DNA from: Paecilomyces variotii
Lineage: Eukaryota
Length of the DNA: 64,000 nt
Direction: 5' to 3' (one strand)
NCBI GenBank assembly: GCA_004022145.1
Contig: RCNU01000010.1
Below the pieces are notes generated by a model. The model was given only the letters and a program-made list of their open reading frames with translations. It made no database searches and had not been told where the DNA came from. Of this stretch, positions 11,910-22,802 are shown piece by piece (position 1 is the first letter of the stretch; each line of letters starts with the position of its first letter). The position numbers were made by a program, and so were the translations under genes.

Positions 11910-12149
11910 TTATTGGGATCGATAGATGGATCCGGTTGTACCGTGGTGTTTGTGATATTTCGAAGGATGCGGTGCATGAGTACTCTCTCTACGGCCGGCC
12001 GCTCTGTTAGGAGGACTGGGTGGTCGGTTGGCTTCGGCCTCCTCCTGCCTTCGCTGCTTGTAGTCCATATCGACGGGGTCGTCGCTCCTCACGGTTCCGT
12101 AGACCTTCTTTGGTCTGGGTTCTGGTGACTCGATCGGCTTGGATGGCAT
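11910..12149 (-). CDS. Small hydrophilic protein, 79 aa, with His-rich C-terminus; function unknown
   Basis: ATG in fungal-type context (caacaacATG) after a CA-rich leader; GC-rich, coding-like stretch inside AT-richer flanks. No family recognised. Confidence 0.6.
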   Translation of the reverse strand: MPSKPIESPEPRPKKVYGTVRSDDPVDMDYKQRRQEEAEANRPPSPPNRAAGRRESTHAPHPSKYHKHHGTTGSIYRSQ

Positions 12150-12203
12150 GTTGTTGGTTTTGGTTATGAGAATTAAGCTGTAGGGGTCGTCTCTCTCCCT
12201 CTA

Positions 12204-12219
12204 TGTGTGTGTGTGTGTG
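12204..12219. repeat. (TG)8 microsatellite in the leader of the 79-aa ORF
   Basis: tgtgtgtgtgtgtgtg seen directly. Confidence 0.85.
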
Positions 12220-12893
12220 CCAAAGGGCTAATTCGTGGGATATTTGCTCAGAAGTATCTCGATCGAGCAACAAAATATCTCAAAAAAATCAGTATCTCCT
12301 GGGGAATCAAAGGTCAAAATTAGGGATGGCCGCATTCTCTTATGTTGTGGTTGTTCTTAGGGACATGGCCGTGATGGCGACTTTCCGTGAGCGCATCATG
12401 ATGCAACGTCTTCCTTCTCGAAATAACGACCATGGATCCATTAACGGCTCAATACTTGGAATCGAGAATGTGTAAACGAATAGGATAGTCTCCCATTTAT
12501 TTCTGGGATATCTACTCCCCATACCTGGTGTCAATGTTACGCGGGAGCTTTCACAATGACACCAGCTTTGTTATGGATTACCTTATGGCAGAGATAGCAG
12601 CCCTACTTTGGCCTTCACGAGCGTCAGGTATATTTCAGGCTGATGCTAATCTATTAGTGTTGTTACCCGAATACCTCCTTGCCTCTGTCGTTGGGCCTTC
12701 AAGGGAGACGCTGATTATCAATGCTACTAGACGCTATCCCGATCAGGGACGACATATCGAAATGAGGGGATGAAATCAAGGATATCGTTTTATCATAATC
12801 GAGATGAACACACAAAAAGACTCTTCGTTAACATTATGGTTGGCAGGGGCATATTTTTGGAACGGTCAGAATCAAAACGGAAGATAATAACAG

Positions 12894-14947
12894 TTACGCC
12901 TTCACCATCGGCCTCACGTGTTGTTTTTGGATGCCGTTCACATGTGGATGAGCATGGCCATGGCCATGGCTATGACCGATGTGCTCGCTAATGCGGTGTT
13001 TTGCAGGCTTTGTGTCATCTGCTCCATGATCGAGTTCGCAAGCTTCTCCTTCGATTTCGAGAGGTGGCCACGCTTCCCAGCCGTCTTCCCACATGTGGCT
13101 AAGCTTTTCGTCTTTCTCGTCTCTTGACAGCTTCTCATTCGCCATGACTTCTTCCCATCTGGCCATGTCCTCATCATCGAGTAGGCATTCGTTCAGGAGT
13201 GAGGTGATCTTTTCGATATCGATGTTTTCACCGATGAATACGATCTCCTGACGCCGGTCACCCCACGGTCCTTGGAAGTCTCGCTCGATGGACTCGCAGA
13301 CATCCTTGTCTTCCGGCCAGAAGTCCCGTGGGACTTCCGTAAACCAGGGACCGCCGCAGCCGACGGTCAGCATCCCGCCAGCCTGGCTCCATTCTCCAAA
13401 CTGATGAGCTCGAGTTGCTAGCCAGAAGAACCCCTTGGAGCGGAGAATTGGACCAAATGCTGGGTGGGCACGCTTATTGGCCAGGATTTGAGCAGGCTCG
13501 GGCTGCTCAAAGTCCTCGACCTCGTCTACGTCCATGTCATCCTCCTGTCCTTCGTCATCCTCTTCCATCTGGTCGTCGTCCTCACCTTCTTCGTCGCCGT
13601 CCTGTAGTTCATTGTTTTGCAGTAGAATGAACTTGTCGTGTAGAAGGGCAAATATACGACGAGGATGAAACGGCCTTCGAGCAGTATAGACGAAGTTGTT
13701 GATCCCATACCTGCAGGAAGATGACGAAGGTTAATACTAGCCTAATAAATCGAGTTCCATGTAGACTTACTCCAAGGTCTCTGGCTTGGGTGCCAATCTC
13801 TTCCCGGATCCGGTTTCCCTCACAGTCATCTCATGCAAGCTTCTCAGCCATCCCGCTCCTGAGGCTGCCTTAAGGAAATCGAATTTTCCAGTGTTGACGA
13901 TCTCCTTTACGTCGATTCTGGAATAACTGGCCTCCAGCACTTTAGCATCAGGGTTCAGTAGCTTAACTAAGTTCCTGATCCTCACACGAGTAGGCTCGTC
14001 AATGGTCTCAATCTTGTTGATGACCACGACATCGGCGAACTCGATTTGGTCAATCATCAAATCGGAGATGGTCCGTTCGTCTTCAGGGATTATCTCCTCA
14101 GACCCATAACGGTCAGAGAGGAACTCAGTCGTATCAAAGTTGTGAAACAAATTAAAGGAATCAATCACAGTAACGGTTGTGTCCAGTTTTGCCAAGTTGT
14201 GTAGACCTCCCATGTTCGCGCTGGGGCCAGCATGTCAGCCCTGGGAGAGTGTAGAAGGTGATTTCAACTTACATTTCAGCGAGGATCTTCTTGCTATCCT
14301 CGTCTGTCTCCACGCTGTCATCATCCAGCTCCATCATCGCAGAGCTAAATTCGGCTGTGAACGTCTCTGCCACCTGCATGGGCTCACTGATACCAGTACT
14401 CTCGATGACCACATATTCCACTTCTTTCGATCTGGCTAAGCGGGCGAGTTCTGACAGCAGGTCCCCTCTTAGCGTACAACAGATGCATCCATTCTGGAGC
14501 TGAATGAGCTTTTCCTTTGTCTGGGAGACCTTGTGATTGGTTATCAGAGCGGCATCGATGTTGAGTCTATGAGGAGTTAGACAAGCTTGAGAGACAGATC
14601 GGAAGGGTCAACGGACTTGCTCATGTCATTGACAATGACGGCAATCCTAAGGCCATGATCCGGTGACTTGAGGATATGCTCTAGTAACGTTGTCTTTCCA
14701 CTTCCCTGTGATAGATATAGAAGTTAACATAACATAAGAGGTATTTCTCATGCCAAGTGAGCTAGCCACTTCGCTTGCAACCTGGTAATAGGGGACAAGA
14801 GAAAAAAAGGATTGGTAACAGTACCAGAAAGCCGGAGAGCAATGTGACTGGCATTTGCCTAATCACCGCGCCATCCTTGTTAATCTCGACGCCGTTAGAC
14901 CCCTGTGCATGGTCCTTTCCCTGAGGAGCATCTGATTTGATGGCCAT
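12894..14947 (-). CDS. COG0523/CobW-family G3E GTPase, putative zinc metallochaperone
   Basis: Exons 14947-14825, 14705-14617, 14566-14273, 14220-13771, 13710-12894. Motifs [17 protein letters not shown] (Walker A), [20 protein letters not shown] (CXCC), [48 protein letters not shown] and a His-rich tail. Confidence 0.96.
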
Positions 14948-15022
14948 GATGAAATTCAGAAAAGATCAACACCACTTCAGAATGACTTTCTAGGGCAGAA
15001 TATGAAAAAAAGACACTGCTAG

Positions 15023-15516
15023 CAAGGTTGTAACAGGAAAAGAATCAGAAATCGAAAACACAATGTGCGTTTAAGTACCCTGAAAGATTCCTAATCGGGA
15101 AACGAGTACAGAATGAGTGCTTAATCATACTGATAGACCAAACGATTCGTACACCTCGCTCCCAAGGTTGATATCCTGTGGAGGATATAGTATACACCAG
15201 CAGACCATGTTTGATATACTTGCAAATTGGGGCGTATTGATTGGATGCGACGTCTGCCAGGCTCCAGGACATGGGTCTTTGACCGTCGTTTGGCGGTTCT
15301 CCAAGGTACTCGACACGCTGATGATTTTCCCCGTAGGTCCTCATCTTCGGGTAATCAGAAATAGAAGCATTAGCGATGGAGGAAACGTGACTGAATTGTC
15401 CCAGATGGAGGGTCGTGTAGCAGTAATTCGTCTTCTAACAGTGAAAGTTCAGTAGAAATTGTGCCCGAGATAAACAATGCTCCTTTTAAGTTCGGTCAAG
15501 GTTATGTATGACCTTG
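15023..15516. promoter_or_regulatory. Cluster of five CAAGGT cores, putative ZafA/Zap1-type zinc-response elements upstream of the CobW gene
   Basis: CAAGGT at 15023, 15163, 15302 and 15497 on +, and ACCTTG at 15511, all 76-570 bp upstream of the ATG at 14947. CARGGT is the core of the Aspergillus ZafA site. Confidence 0.7.
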
Positions 15517-16402
15517 GAAAACGCAAAAGACAACCACATACCACATAAGGTCATCATAACCCAAACTTGCCTACATGGAGAAGAAAGACAAGTGTACTAG
15601 AGTCACGAAGAATATGCGCGAGGCTGTGCTGAGCAAGCTGTAGTCCGAGGTTCTTCCTGGTTTTTAGGAATCACAAGCCACTTGTTCCTTCAGGAACACA
15701 TATATATCATAGGAACGACGGTAAGAGAGGATGCGAGGATCCTCATTTGGGGGTTTTTTTTTCACTGAATTGCGCAGTTTGCTATCGATAGCTTAAAGCA
15801 GTCGATTTTGATAACGTGGAGACATATATATTTCACAGGAATAGTTGTCTGGATGTTCACACAGAAAGGCAACACGAGGAAGGGAGGAAAGGAAATATCA
15901 TTGTAGACCTATAGTCTTTAGTGTTCTCCTGGAGATATTGTTAGCTCAATATCTGCTTCATCGATTATTGCTTAGACGACCAGTGCTCCTTTCCAGGTTA
16001 TGAGGATGAATTAATTGATTATTGGATCAAGAGGAGCCCCTAACCAAGTCCAGAGGTTAGTAAGGCGTAATACGGCAACCCGGAAGACTAACATGGCAGA
16101 ATGTTGGCACAACGAGATCCACAGCCAGATATATTGCTTTCACCATTGAATTGTCCAACGAGAGAGGCTTTTACTCTGATCAGAATATATTAATTGTAAT
16201 AGTGCCGCCTCCAGACAAGTTCGAATCGAGTGGCCGTGTGCGTTCGGAGCTGATCCAGCAGGGCTACCTCATCAGGGCCCGCAGGGATCCTCGGAGCGGA
16301 CCGTAAAAGCATCATCAAATCTCAGTCCGCGTCCTTCTTCAACCTCACCACCGCCCACCACACCTTTCCTCAGCACGACAGTTCAAGGAAGTGCAGCCCG
16401 CC

Positions 16403-18430
16403 ATGCTGCGCTCTGCGATCGTCCCGAGCCGGCAGCTGCTCTCGTATCCGGCTCGCCAGCGTGCAGCGACACAATGGCTGCCCAGAGCTGGTGTGAACGG
16501 CCGGATCTCCGGCCAGGTATGGGACCATTGCCCTGCAATTGCACAGCGTAAGAGATGCTAACAACTTGGTCGATTGCACAGCGATACTTCGCAGACCCGG
16601 CGCACCAGCCGCCTGTCGCCCCGACGCCTGCCACGCCCTCGTCTGACACGACGATTCCTCCAGAGAACGTACCCAAGCTCCCGCCAACCCCGAGTACGCA
16701 GGGTCAGAGATCTCCCCCGTCTACAGTACAGCCGCCAGAATCTCCTACTAAGACCCCTGTAGGAAACACTACTCCGCCGCCTCCCCCGCCCCCAGCACGC
16801 AAGAAGGGTGGTTTCCGGCGGTTTATCCTGTACCTGATCCTCACTTCCGGACTCGCCTACGGCGGTGGTGTGTGGCTAGCTCTGAAGTCGGACAACTTCC
16901 ACGATTTCTTCACCGAATACGTCCCCTACGGAGAGGAAGCTGTTCTCTACTTCGAAGAGCGCGATTTCTACCGCCGGTTCCCGAACGCCACGAGACACCC
17001 TAACCGTCTGCCTCCTATCGAGAGAGAGCCGGGAAACAAGGTCACCATTCCTAGCAAAAGCGGGCTTTCCTGGAAGGTCTCTGAGCAAGAGGCAGCTGAT
17101 GCTACAAAGGCTGAAAAGGCTGAGAAGAAGCCTACTATTCAGAAGGCTAAGGAAGATACGGCTGCCAAGAAGCCTGCAACCCAGGAAGCACCGAAGGAGG
17201 AGGCTAGAAAACCCGCCGTTTCTTCTGTCTCGACTCTCGAGCTGCTGAATGTGAAGGAGGGCGATGAGCCTATCGTGCAGGAGCTAGTGAAGACCTTCAA
17301 TGACATTATTACGGTCATCAGTGCTGATGAGGCTGCCGGCAAGTTCTCGGCCCCGATTGAGAAGGCCAAGAACGAGCTGCAGAACATTGGAGAGAAGATT
17401 ACCGCTCTGAGGACCGATGCCCAGCGTGCGGCCGAAGAACAGATCAAGAAGGCCCACGAGGAGTTTGAAGAATCCGCCAAAGAACTCATCCGCCGCATCG
17501 ACGAAGCGCGTGCCGCAGAGGCTGCCCAGTACCGTGAGGAATTTGAATCTGAGCGCGAGAAGCTGGCCCATTCTTACCAGGAAAAGCTGAACACCGAGCT
17601 TCAACGCGCGCAGGAGGTTTCTGAGCAGCGTCTGCGGAATGAGCTTGTTGAGCAGGCCATCGAGCTCAACCGCAAGTACCTCAATGACGTGAAGGAACTG
17701 GTCGAACGGGAGCGTGAGGGTCGTCTGTCTAAGCTCAGTGAACTCACCGCTAGCGTCAACCAGCTGGAGAAGTTGACGACCGACTGGAGCGACGTGATTG
17801 ACATCAACCTGAAGACCCAGCAGCTCCAGGTGGCTGTTGATGCTGTCCGCTCCGCCCTCGAGCGTCCCGACATGCCCAGACCGTTCGTCCGTGAACTGGT
17901 TGCCGTCAAGGAGCTTGCCGCTGATGACCCTGTCGTCTCTGCAGCCATCGCTTCCATCAACCCTACCGCTTACCAGCGTGGTATTCCTTCCTCTGCCCAG
18001 ATCGTCGACCGCTTCCGCCGTGTCGCCAACGAAGTGCGAAAGGCCAGCCTTCTTCCCGAGAACGCTGGTATCGCCAGCCACGCGGCTAGCTTGGTTCTGA
18101 GCAAGGTGATGTTCAAGAAGGAAGGTGTTGCCACCGGTAACGATGTGGAGAGCATCCTTACCCGTACCGAGAACCTCCTGGAGGAGGGTAACCTGGACGC
18201 CGCAGCCCGCGAGATGAACTCCCTTCAGGGATGGGCTAAGATTCTGAGCAAGGACTGGCTGGCTGACGTGAGAAGAGTATTGGAAGTGAGACAGGCTCTC
18301 GAGGTAAGTCATTCTAGCCACGCATTACCCATCGACGGTGCGTTCTTGGAAATCAACAAGCTAATTCTTATTTCCGCGACAGGTCATTGAGACTGAGGCC
18401 CGTCTTCAGTGCTTGAGAGTCGAGTCATAG
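16403..18430 (+). CDS. MIC60: MICOS complex subunit Mic60 (mitofilin)
   Basis: Exons 16403-16516, 16582-18303, 18383-18430. Presequence [13 protein letters not shown], one TM segment, [17 protein letters not shown], long coiled coil and mitofilin domain ([28 protein letters not shown]). Confidence 0.96.
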
Positions 18431-19019
18431 ACCAAGAGCCTGTAGCTCTCTTTTCTCATTTATCCACATATACAGGACTGTACCTATAGCTCCATGTACT
18501 TTCTCTTGCCTGACGTAGACCCAATGCCAGATTTTCTTTGTTCTTGTTCAGCTTCGTGTAGTAGCGTCTCATGTCGTCTCCTTTTCTTCCCCGTTGCATC
18601 TCAGCGACGCTATATCTGACATTGTAGTGACCGCCTTAATATTGAAGGTCAGCCAGATTAGCTAGAAACCACATAAGATATTGCCATCCAGTTAGTTTTG
18701 TTGCATTTATCACTCATATAATATAACTCATTGTATTGCCAGGGGGCTCATCTGCCTAACGATGTTTGCCGGGTTTGCACGTGCCGGCAAGGGAGCGCTT
18801 GTATCAGTTCACGAGCCGCCGTGACCTCCGAGATGTGTGATCGCCCAGATGGTTGTCTCCGGCCATTATTAGGTGTGCGGTCATATTTAATGCTTCCATT
18901 GAGCTATTGCTTCGTGGCTCCTGCTGTCTGACTTGCGAAGATGCTCTAGTTGTCCCTCTGAGTTGTTCCGTCACTCATACATATCGCTCCTCCGCCGCGG
19001 CATCGCCTTCGCGCCTCCG

Positions 19020-22000
19020 ATGTCGTCACCCCAAAATGGTCTTCACAGGCAGCACTTAATATCGCCATCCGATGGTCGTCCGTCTTCGCATGAGTCGTCA
19101 AGTCCTCTTCGCCAAGATAGGGACTATGACTATGCTGCTTCAGAGCCGCGGGACAGTATGCAGATGGATGACGGCCGAAAGAGCGGGGAATTGGAGGGCA
19201 GTACACTGGGCAGCAGTTCGCGCGAAGGGGAAAGGAGGAAGAGACATCGTCAGAGCCAGAGGTCTGGGGGATTCTTGCTAGATACGCCGTTCATACCGTC
19301 TTCGAAGCTTCTACGGTCGACGCCTCAGCAGCGACAGCATCAACATCAGCCGCAGCCCACGGGTGCTGTGAAACGAGAAGCACCTGAACCAGAGATCGTC
19401 GTCCCGAAGCGAAAGTCGCGTCGTCCATGGCACCGTCATAAACACTCCGTGGGAAGTTCACCATTAGCTACAGCCGTCACCAATGCTTCGAATGCTGAAG
19501 AGATCCCCCAGCATACGCTGGAGCCGTCAGGGTTCACTCCTAACACGCATGCTGCTCATCGGCCTGCTTCCGCTACCATTCCCTCCCCCGTTGTTGGTTT
19601 GGACACAGACCCGGCCCAGATCGTGAATCTCGCTTTGAACCTGAGCGAGTCTCGAAGGAGAAACTACGCTAGCCGTTTCCCATCGACCCCTGTACCTACG
19701 AGCAGAAAGATAAGCCAACCATCTTTCGCACTTGCGGAGAACAACGCGCATAGATTGAGTGGAGGGTACTGGCAACTGAATCCATATGGGCCTCGTAGTC
19801 CCAGTTACGCGCAGCCTGTCAGTGCCTACAGGTCCCGTCATGCATATACGATTCCGAGAGAATTCTCCGATACAACAAGCTTAGCTCCTATTGCGATCGA
19901 TAATGACTCACAGTCAGATTATGAATTTTCGGACGCTACCCTGGCGAGAGCTGAGAAGGCCCGGAATCATTTCGAACTCTTCTTTGAGTACCTACGGCTT
20001 CTTCCACATCTGCCTCCCCTTCGACCCTCTAGACGGGGCTCGTCTTCGAGTAGTGAATCCTCGGCAGAAGACGAGGCACTAACGGGGCGTGTCTACAATC
20101 CGTTGCAATGTATCCGCAACAGGAAGGTGCGCTATCGGGAGAAATGCCCGATAGATACTGAAGCAGAGGGATGGCAGGACGTGTCGCGCGTTCATGAATG
20201 GGTCAACGCCATAGAAGCGAGAGATGAAACAGGACTTGACGACCCTGACACGTGCGTAAGACTTCCCCCTTTCCAATATACCCATATGGAAAAACGCGAA
20301 GTGGACGAAAAGGATGCCGACCGGTCGACAACCTCCCCATCATCGAGCACGAGACGCCCGTTTGGTACGAGCAATGTGAAGACACGGCGTCCGAGACTTG
20401 ATTGGATTGTAACGCCTGCAGAATTGCTTGCGGATGCTGCTTGGTTGGAAGACCCGGTCAACAAAGCCAAGATCTTGGATAAAGACAACAATAAGCTTTA
20501 TCCTAACCCAACCATGCTGAAACATGTTGAATGGAAAATATCCCACTCAATACCGAACAAGGAGCCGATCAGCGAGGAGCAGGAAGCCCCCGAGACTGGG
20601 AGATATGACCTATCTGGCTCTTTGCCGAATTTTCAGCGCAGTACACAAAAAGGCAGACATGTTGGCCGTGGACGCCACAGGCATAGGTTGCACGAATCTC
20701 TCCGCCACGCTACTAGCCCCAGCAGCTCAGATAAGGACGGAAAATCCAGTTGGCGAAAGTCTCTCATGCGATCTGACAGCTCTTCCAGCGACACATCCGA
20801 TGATGAAAGCTGGCGGGGGCGGGCTCGCCATTCCCACTGGAGACAACGCTTGCATGGGGTCCGTGAACGCCCAAGAGATGACGACCAGCCTCGAAGGTCT
20901 GAATCACTCACAAGGCAGTCACAAGAATCATCAAGGAGGAACGATATGGCTGATGGTACTACGAAGAAAGATGCGTCCGGTGCAGCCTACGCTTCTTCTG
21001 TCTCCCCTCCGGAGTTGAGGGTCGACCGGGGCAGGCCCCCTGCTGTGAAGAGAGTAAGGACTTCAATGTCATCGACTGGAACCATCGGCGATCGAGAGGA
21101 TGTTCGGAAGTCATTAGAAGATCAAGATAGCACGGCACCAAATTCTCCGCTATGTGGCAGTCACTTTCCTAGTATTGCGGTCAACCTCTCGCCGCCATCG
21201 AGCCGATCTCCGTCCCCTACTAAAAAGGCGTTGCCTAAGCTTATAGGCTCATTACACGAAAGAAGTCGCAGCAAGCAACGAAACAAGTTTGAATTCGAGG
21301 CCCCGGTATATGACACCTCACCCGAGTCTCCGACAATAGACAAGCGCAGGACGCTCGACAGTATCGACCCCTTAGAACGTGTTGAAACGCTCGAGCCGGT
21401 ATCAGCGACAGACGCATATCCCGCAAGTCCAGAAGGAAGAGGGAGTATCCGCAGAGAGGGGCCAAAGGCAAACAAGCTCAGTCAAGAGTCAAAGCTGCGT
21501 GGGATCTTCAAGGGGGGGAGAATTGCTGAGCTTGTTGGAAACGAGGTCTCAAAAGTTGGAGACCTGATTCGGAAGAAAGATTCGCACGGACATTCCCGGA
21601 AATCTTCATCTGCATCTAGTATTATATCGGACTACAATGACTCAGATGACGAGAAAGGAAATGGCGGACCCAAACCAGGTGCGAAGAATATTATAAAACG
21701 CCTGCCGACCTTTTCGGACGACAACGGTCGTCTGTCACGCAAAGAAACCGAAAAGGATATGCCAAGAACTGTCAATCCAAACCTTCCGACTTTCACGTCT
21801 CCATTCAAACATGATGGTGACAACCGGAAGTCGTCGGACGCTGAACCCTCTTCTGGGCTCCAGGGCGCGAGTGCCGAAAAGGCAGAGAATGCCGCACAAT
21901 ACGGACCTGACGCCATTCCGCAACTATCTCCAGGTATACCCAAATCTAGGTTTTCAATAAACGACCGGAGAGATAGTTACGCATTCCGTCCTGCCTTAAA

Positions 22001-22802
22001 TGTCTGGGGCGAGCAGATCTCTCCTGGGAAGGGACAAAACCGGGACACCTACGAACCTTACGTTCATAGTCGTCCTCCTGTTACCGGTCTAGCGAATGCG
22101 GATGTATCTTCCATCTCATCGCGTAAGCGAAGGCCGATTATTTCGACACGAGCTTGGAGCATTTCAGAACGCAGCATTACTACTATCGGTGAACCCAATC
22201 TGACAGACAAGAAGGAAATTGAACGAGTTAAGGCTCTCCTTCTATCATCAGGGATCAAGGCTCGTGAAATCTGTCGCCGCGCCGAGTCTGTTCGCAGCCC
22301 TCCCCCAGAATTTCTCATCAGAAGCTTGCCAAACCCCAACGATCCTGTTCCGTGCTTCCCTGAGTTCGAAAAATTCGACTGTGCTGCAAAAAACTTCGTG
22401 CGTACGTTCGAAAGCCGTAGATCATCCCTTCGACAATCTATGGATCGATTCTCCGGCGTTACCTCCCCTTCTTTGAAATCTGAACTGGAGAAACTCGAGA
22501 CACTGGTCAGCCAGTCTTTGACACCGCGTGTACGGGCTGCTGCTATTGAAGCAGAGGCATTGACTACCCAACTAAACACCACAAGTACTCTTGCCATAAA
22601 AGAGCTCAGCGATGCCCTTGATAGGGGCGTACGAAAACGCAACCGAAGGTTCCGCTGGGTGCGACGGACGGGATTTGTACTGTTGGAGTGGTTGCTAGTT
22701 GGCGTGATGTGGTGGGTCTGGCTGATTGTCATGATCTTCAAGGTCGGCCGCGGTATTTGGAGAGCCACGGTTTCAAGCATCCGATGGGTGCTTTGGCTGT
22801 GA
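19020..22802 (+). CDS. Large Ser/Arg-rich fungal protein, Mtc4-like (maintenance of telomere capping), with C-terminal hydrophobic anchor
   Basis: Single open frame of about 1260 codons from ATG 19020. The conserved-looking block RVYNPLQCIRNRKVR and C-terminal LLEWLLVGVMWWVWLIV resemble the Mtc4 family as I recall it. The gene is solid; the family name is less certain. Confidence 0.75.
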   Translation: MSSPQNGLHRQHLISPSDGRPSSHESSSPLRQDRDYDYAASEPRDSMQMDDGRKSGELEGSTLGSSSREGERRKRHRQSQRSGGFLLDTPFIPSSKLLRSTPQQRQHQHQPQPTGAVKREAPEPEIVVPKRKSRRPWHRHKHSVGSSPLATAVTNASNAEEIPQHTLEPSGFTPNTHAAHRPASATIPSPVVGLDTDPAQIVNLALNLSESRRRNYASRFPSTPVPTSRKISQPSFALAENNAHRLSGGYWQLNPYGPRSPSYAQPVSAYRSRHAYTIPREFSDTTSLAPIAIDNDSQSDYEFSDATLARAEKARNHFELFFEYLRLLPHLPPLRPSRRGSSSSSESSAEDEALTGRVYNPLQCIRNRKVRYREKCPIDTEAEGWQDVSRVHEWVNAIEARDETGLDDPDTCVRLPPFQYTHMEKREVDEKDADRSTTSPSSSTRRPFGTSNVKTRRPRLDWIVTPAELLADAAWLEDPVNKAKILDKDNNKLYPNPTMLKHVEWKISHSIPNKEPISEEQEAPETGRYDLSGSLPNFQRSTQKGRHVGRGRHRHRLHESLRHATSPSSSDKDGKSSWRKSLMRSDSSSSDTSDDESWRGRARHSHWRQRLHGVRERPRDDDQPRRSESLTRQSQESSRRNDMADGTTKKDASGAAYASSVSPPELRVDRGRPPAVKRVRTSMSSTGTIGDREDVRKSLEDQDSTAPNSPLCGSHFPSIAVNLSPPSSRSPSPTKKALPKLIGSLHERSRSKQRNKFEFEAPVYDTSPESPTIDKRRTLDSIDPLERVETLEPVSATDAYPASPEGRGSIRREGPKANKLSQESKLRGIFKGGRIAELVGNEVSKVGDLIRKKDSHGHSRKSSSASSIISDYNDSDDEKGNGGPKPGAKNIIKRLPTFSDDNGRLSRKETEKDMPRTVNPNLPTFTSPFKHDGDNRKSSDAEPSSGLQGASAEKAENAAQYGPDAIPQLSPGIPKSRFSINDRRDSYAFRPALNVWGEQISPGKGQNRDTYEPYVHSRPPVTGLANADVSSISSRKRRPIISTRAWSISERSITTIGEPNLTDKKEIERVKALLLSSGIKAREICRRAESVRSPPPEFLIRSLPNPNDPVPCFPEFEKFDCAAKNFVRTFESRRSSLRQSMDRFSGVTSPSLKSELEKLETLVSQSLTPRVRAAAIEAEALTTQLNTTSTLAIKELSDALDRGVRKRNRRFRWVRRTGFVLLEWLLVGVMWWVWLIVMIFKVGRGIWRATVSSIRWVLWL

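Noticed and set aside
17284..18321. 345-aa antisense ORF inside MIC60
   Set aside because: A shadow ORF produced by codon bias of the sense gene, with no independent signals.
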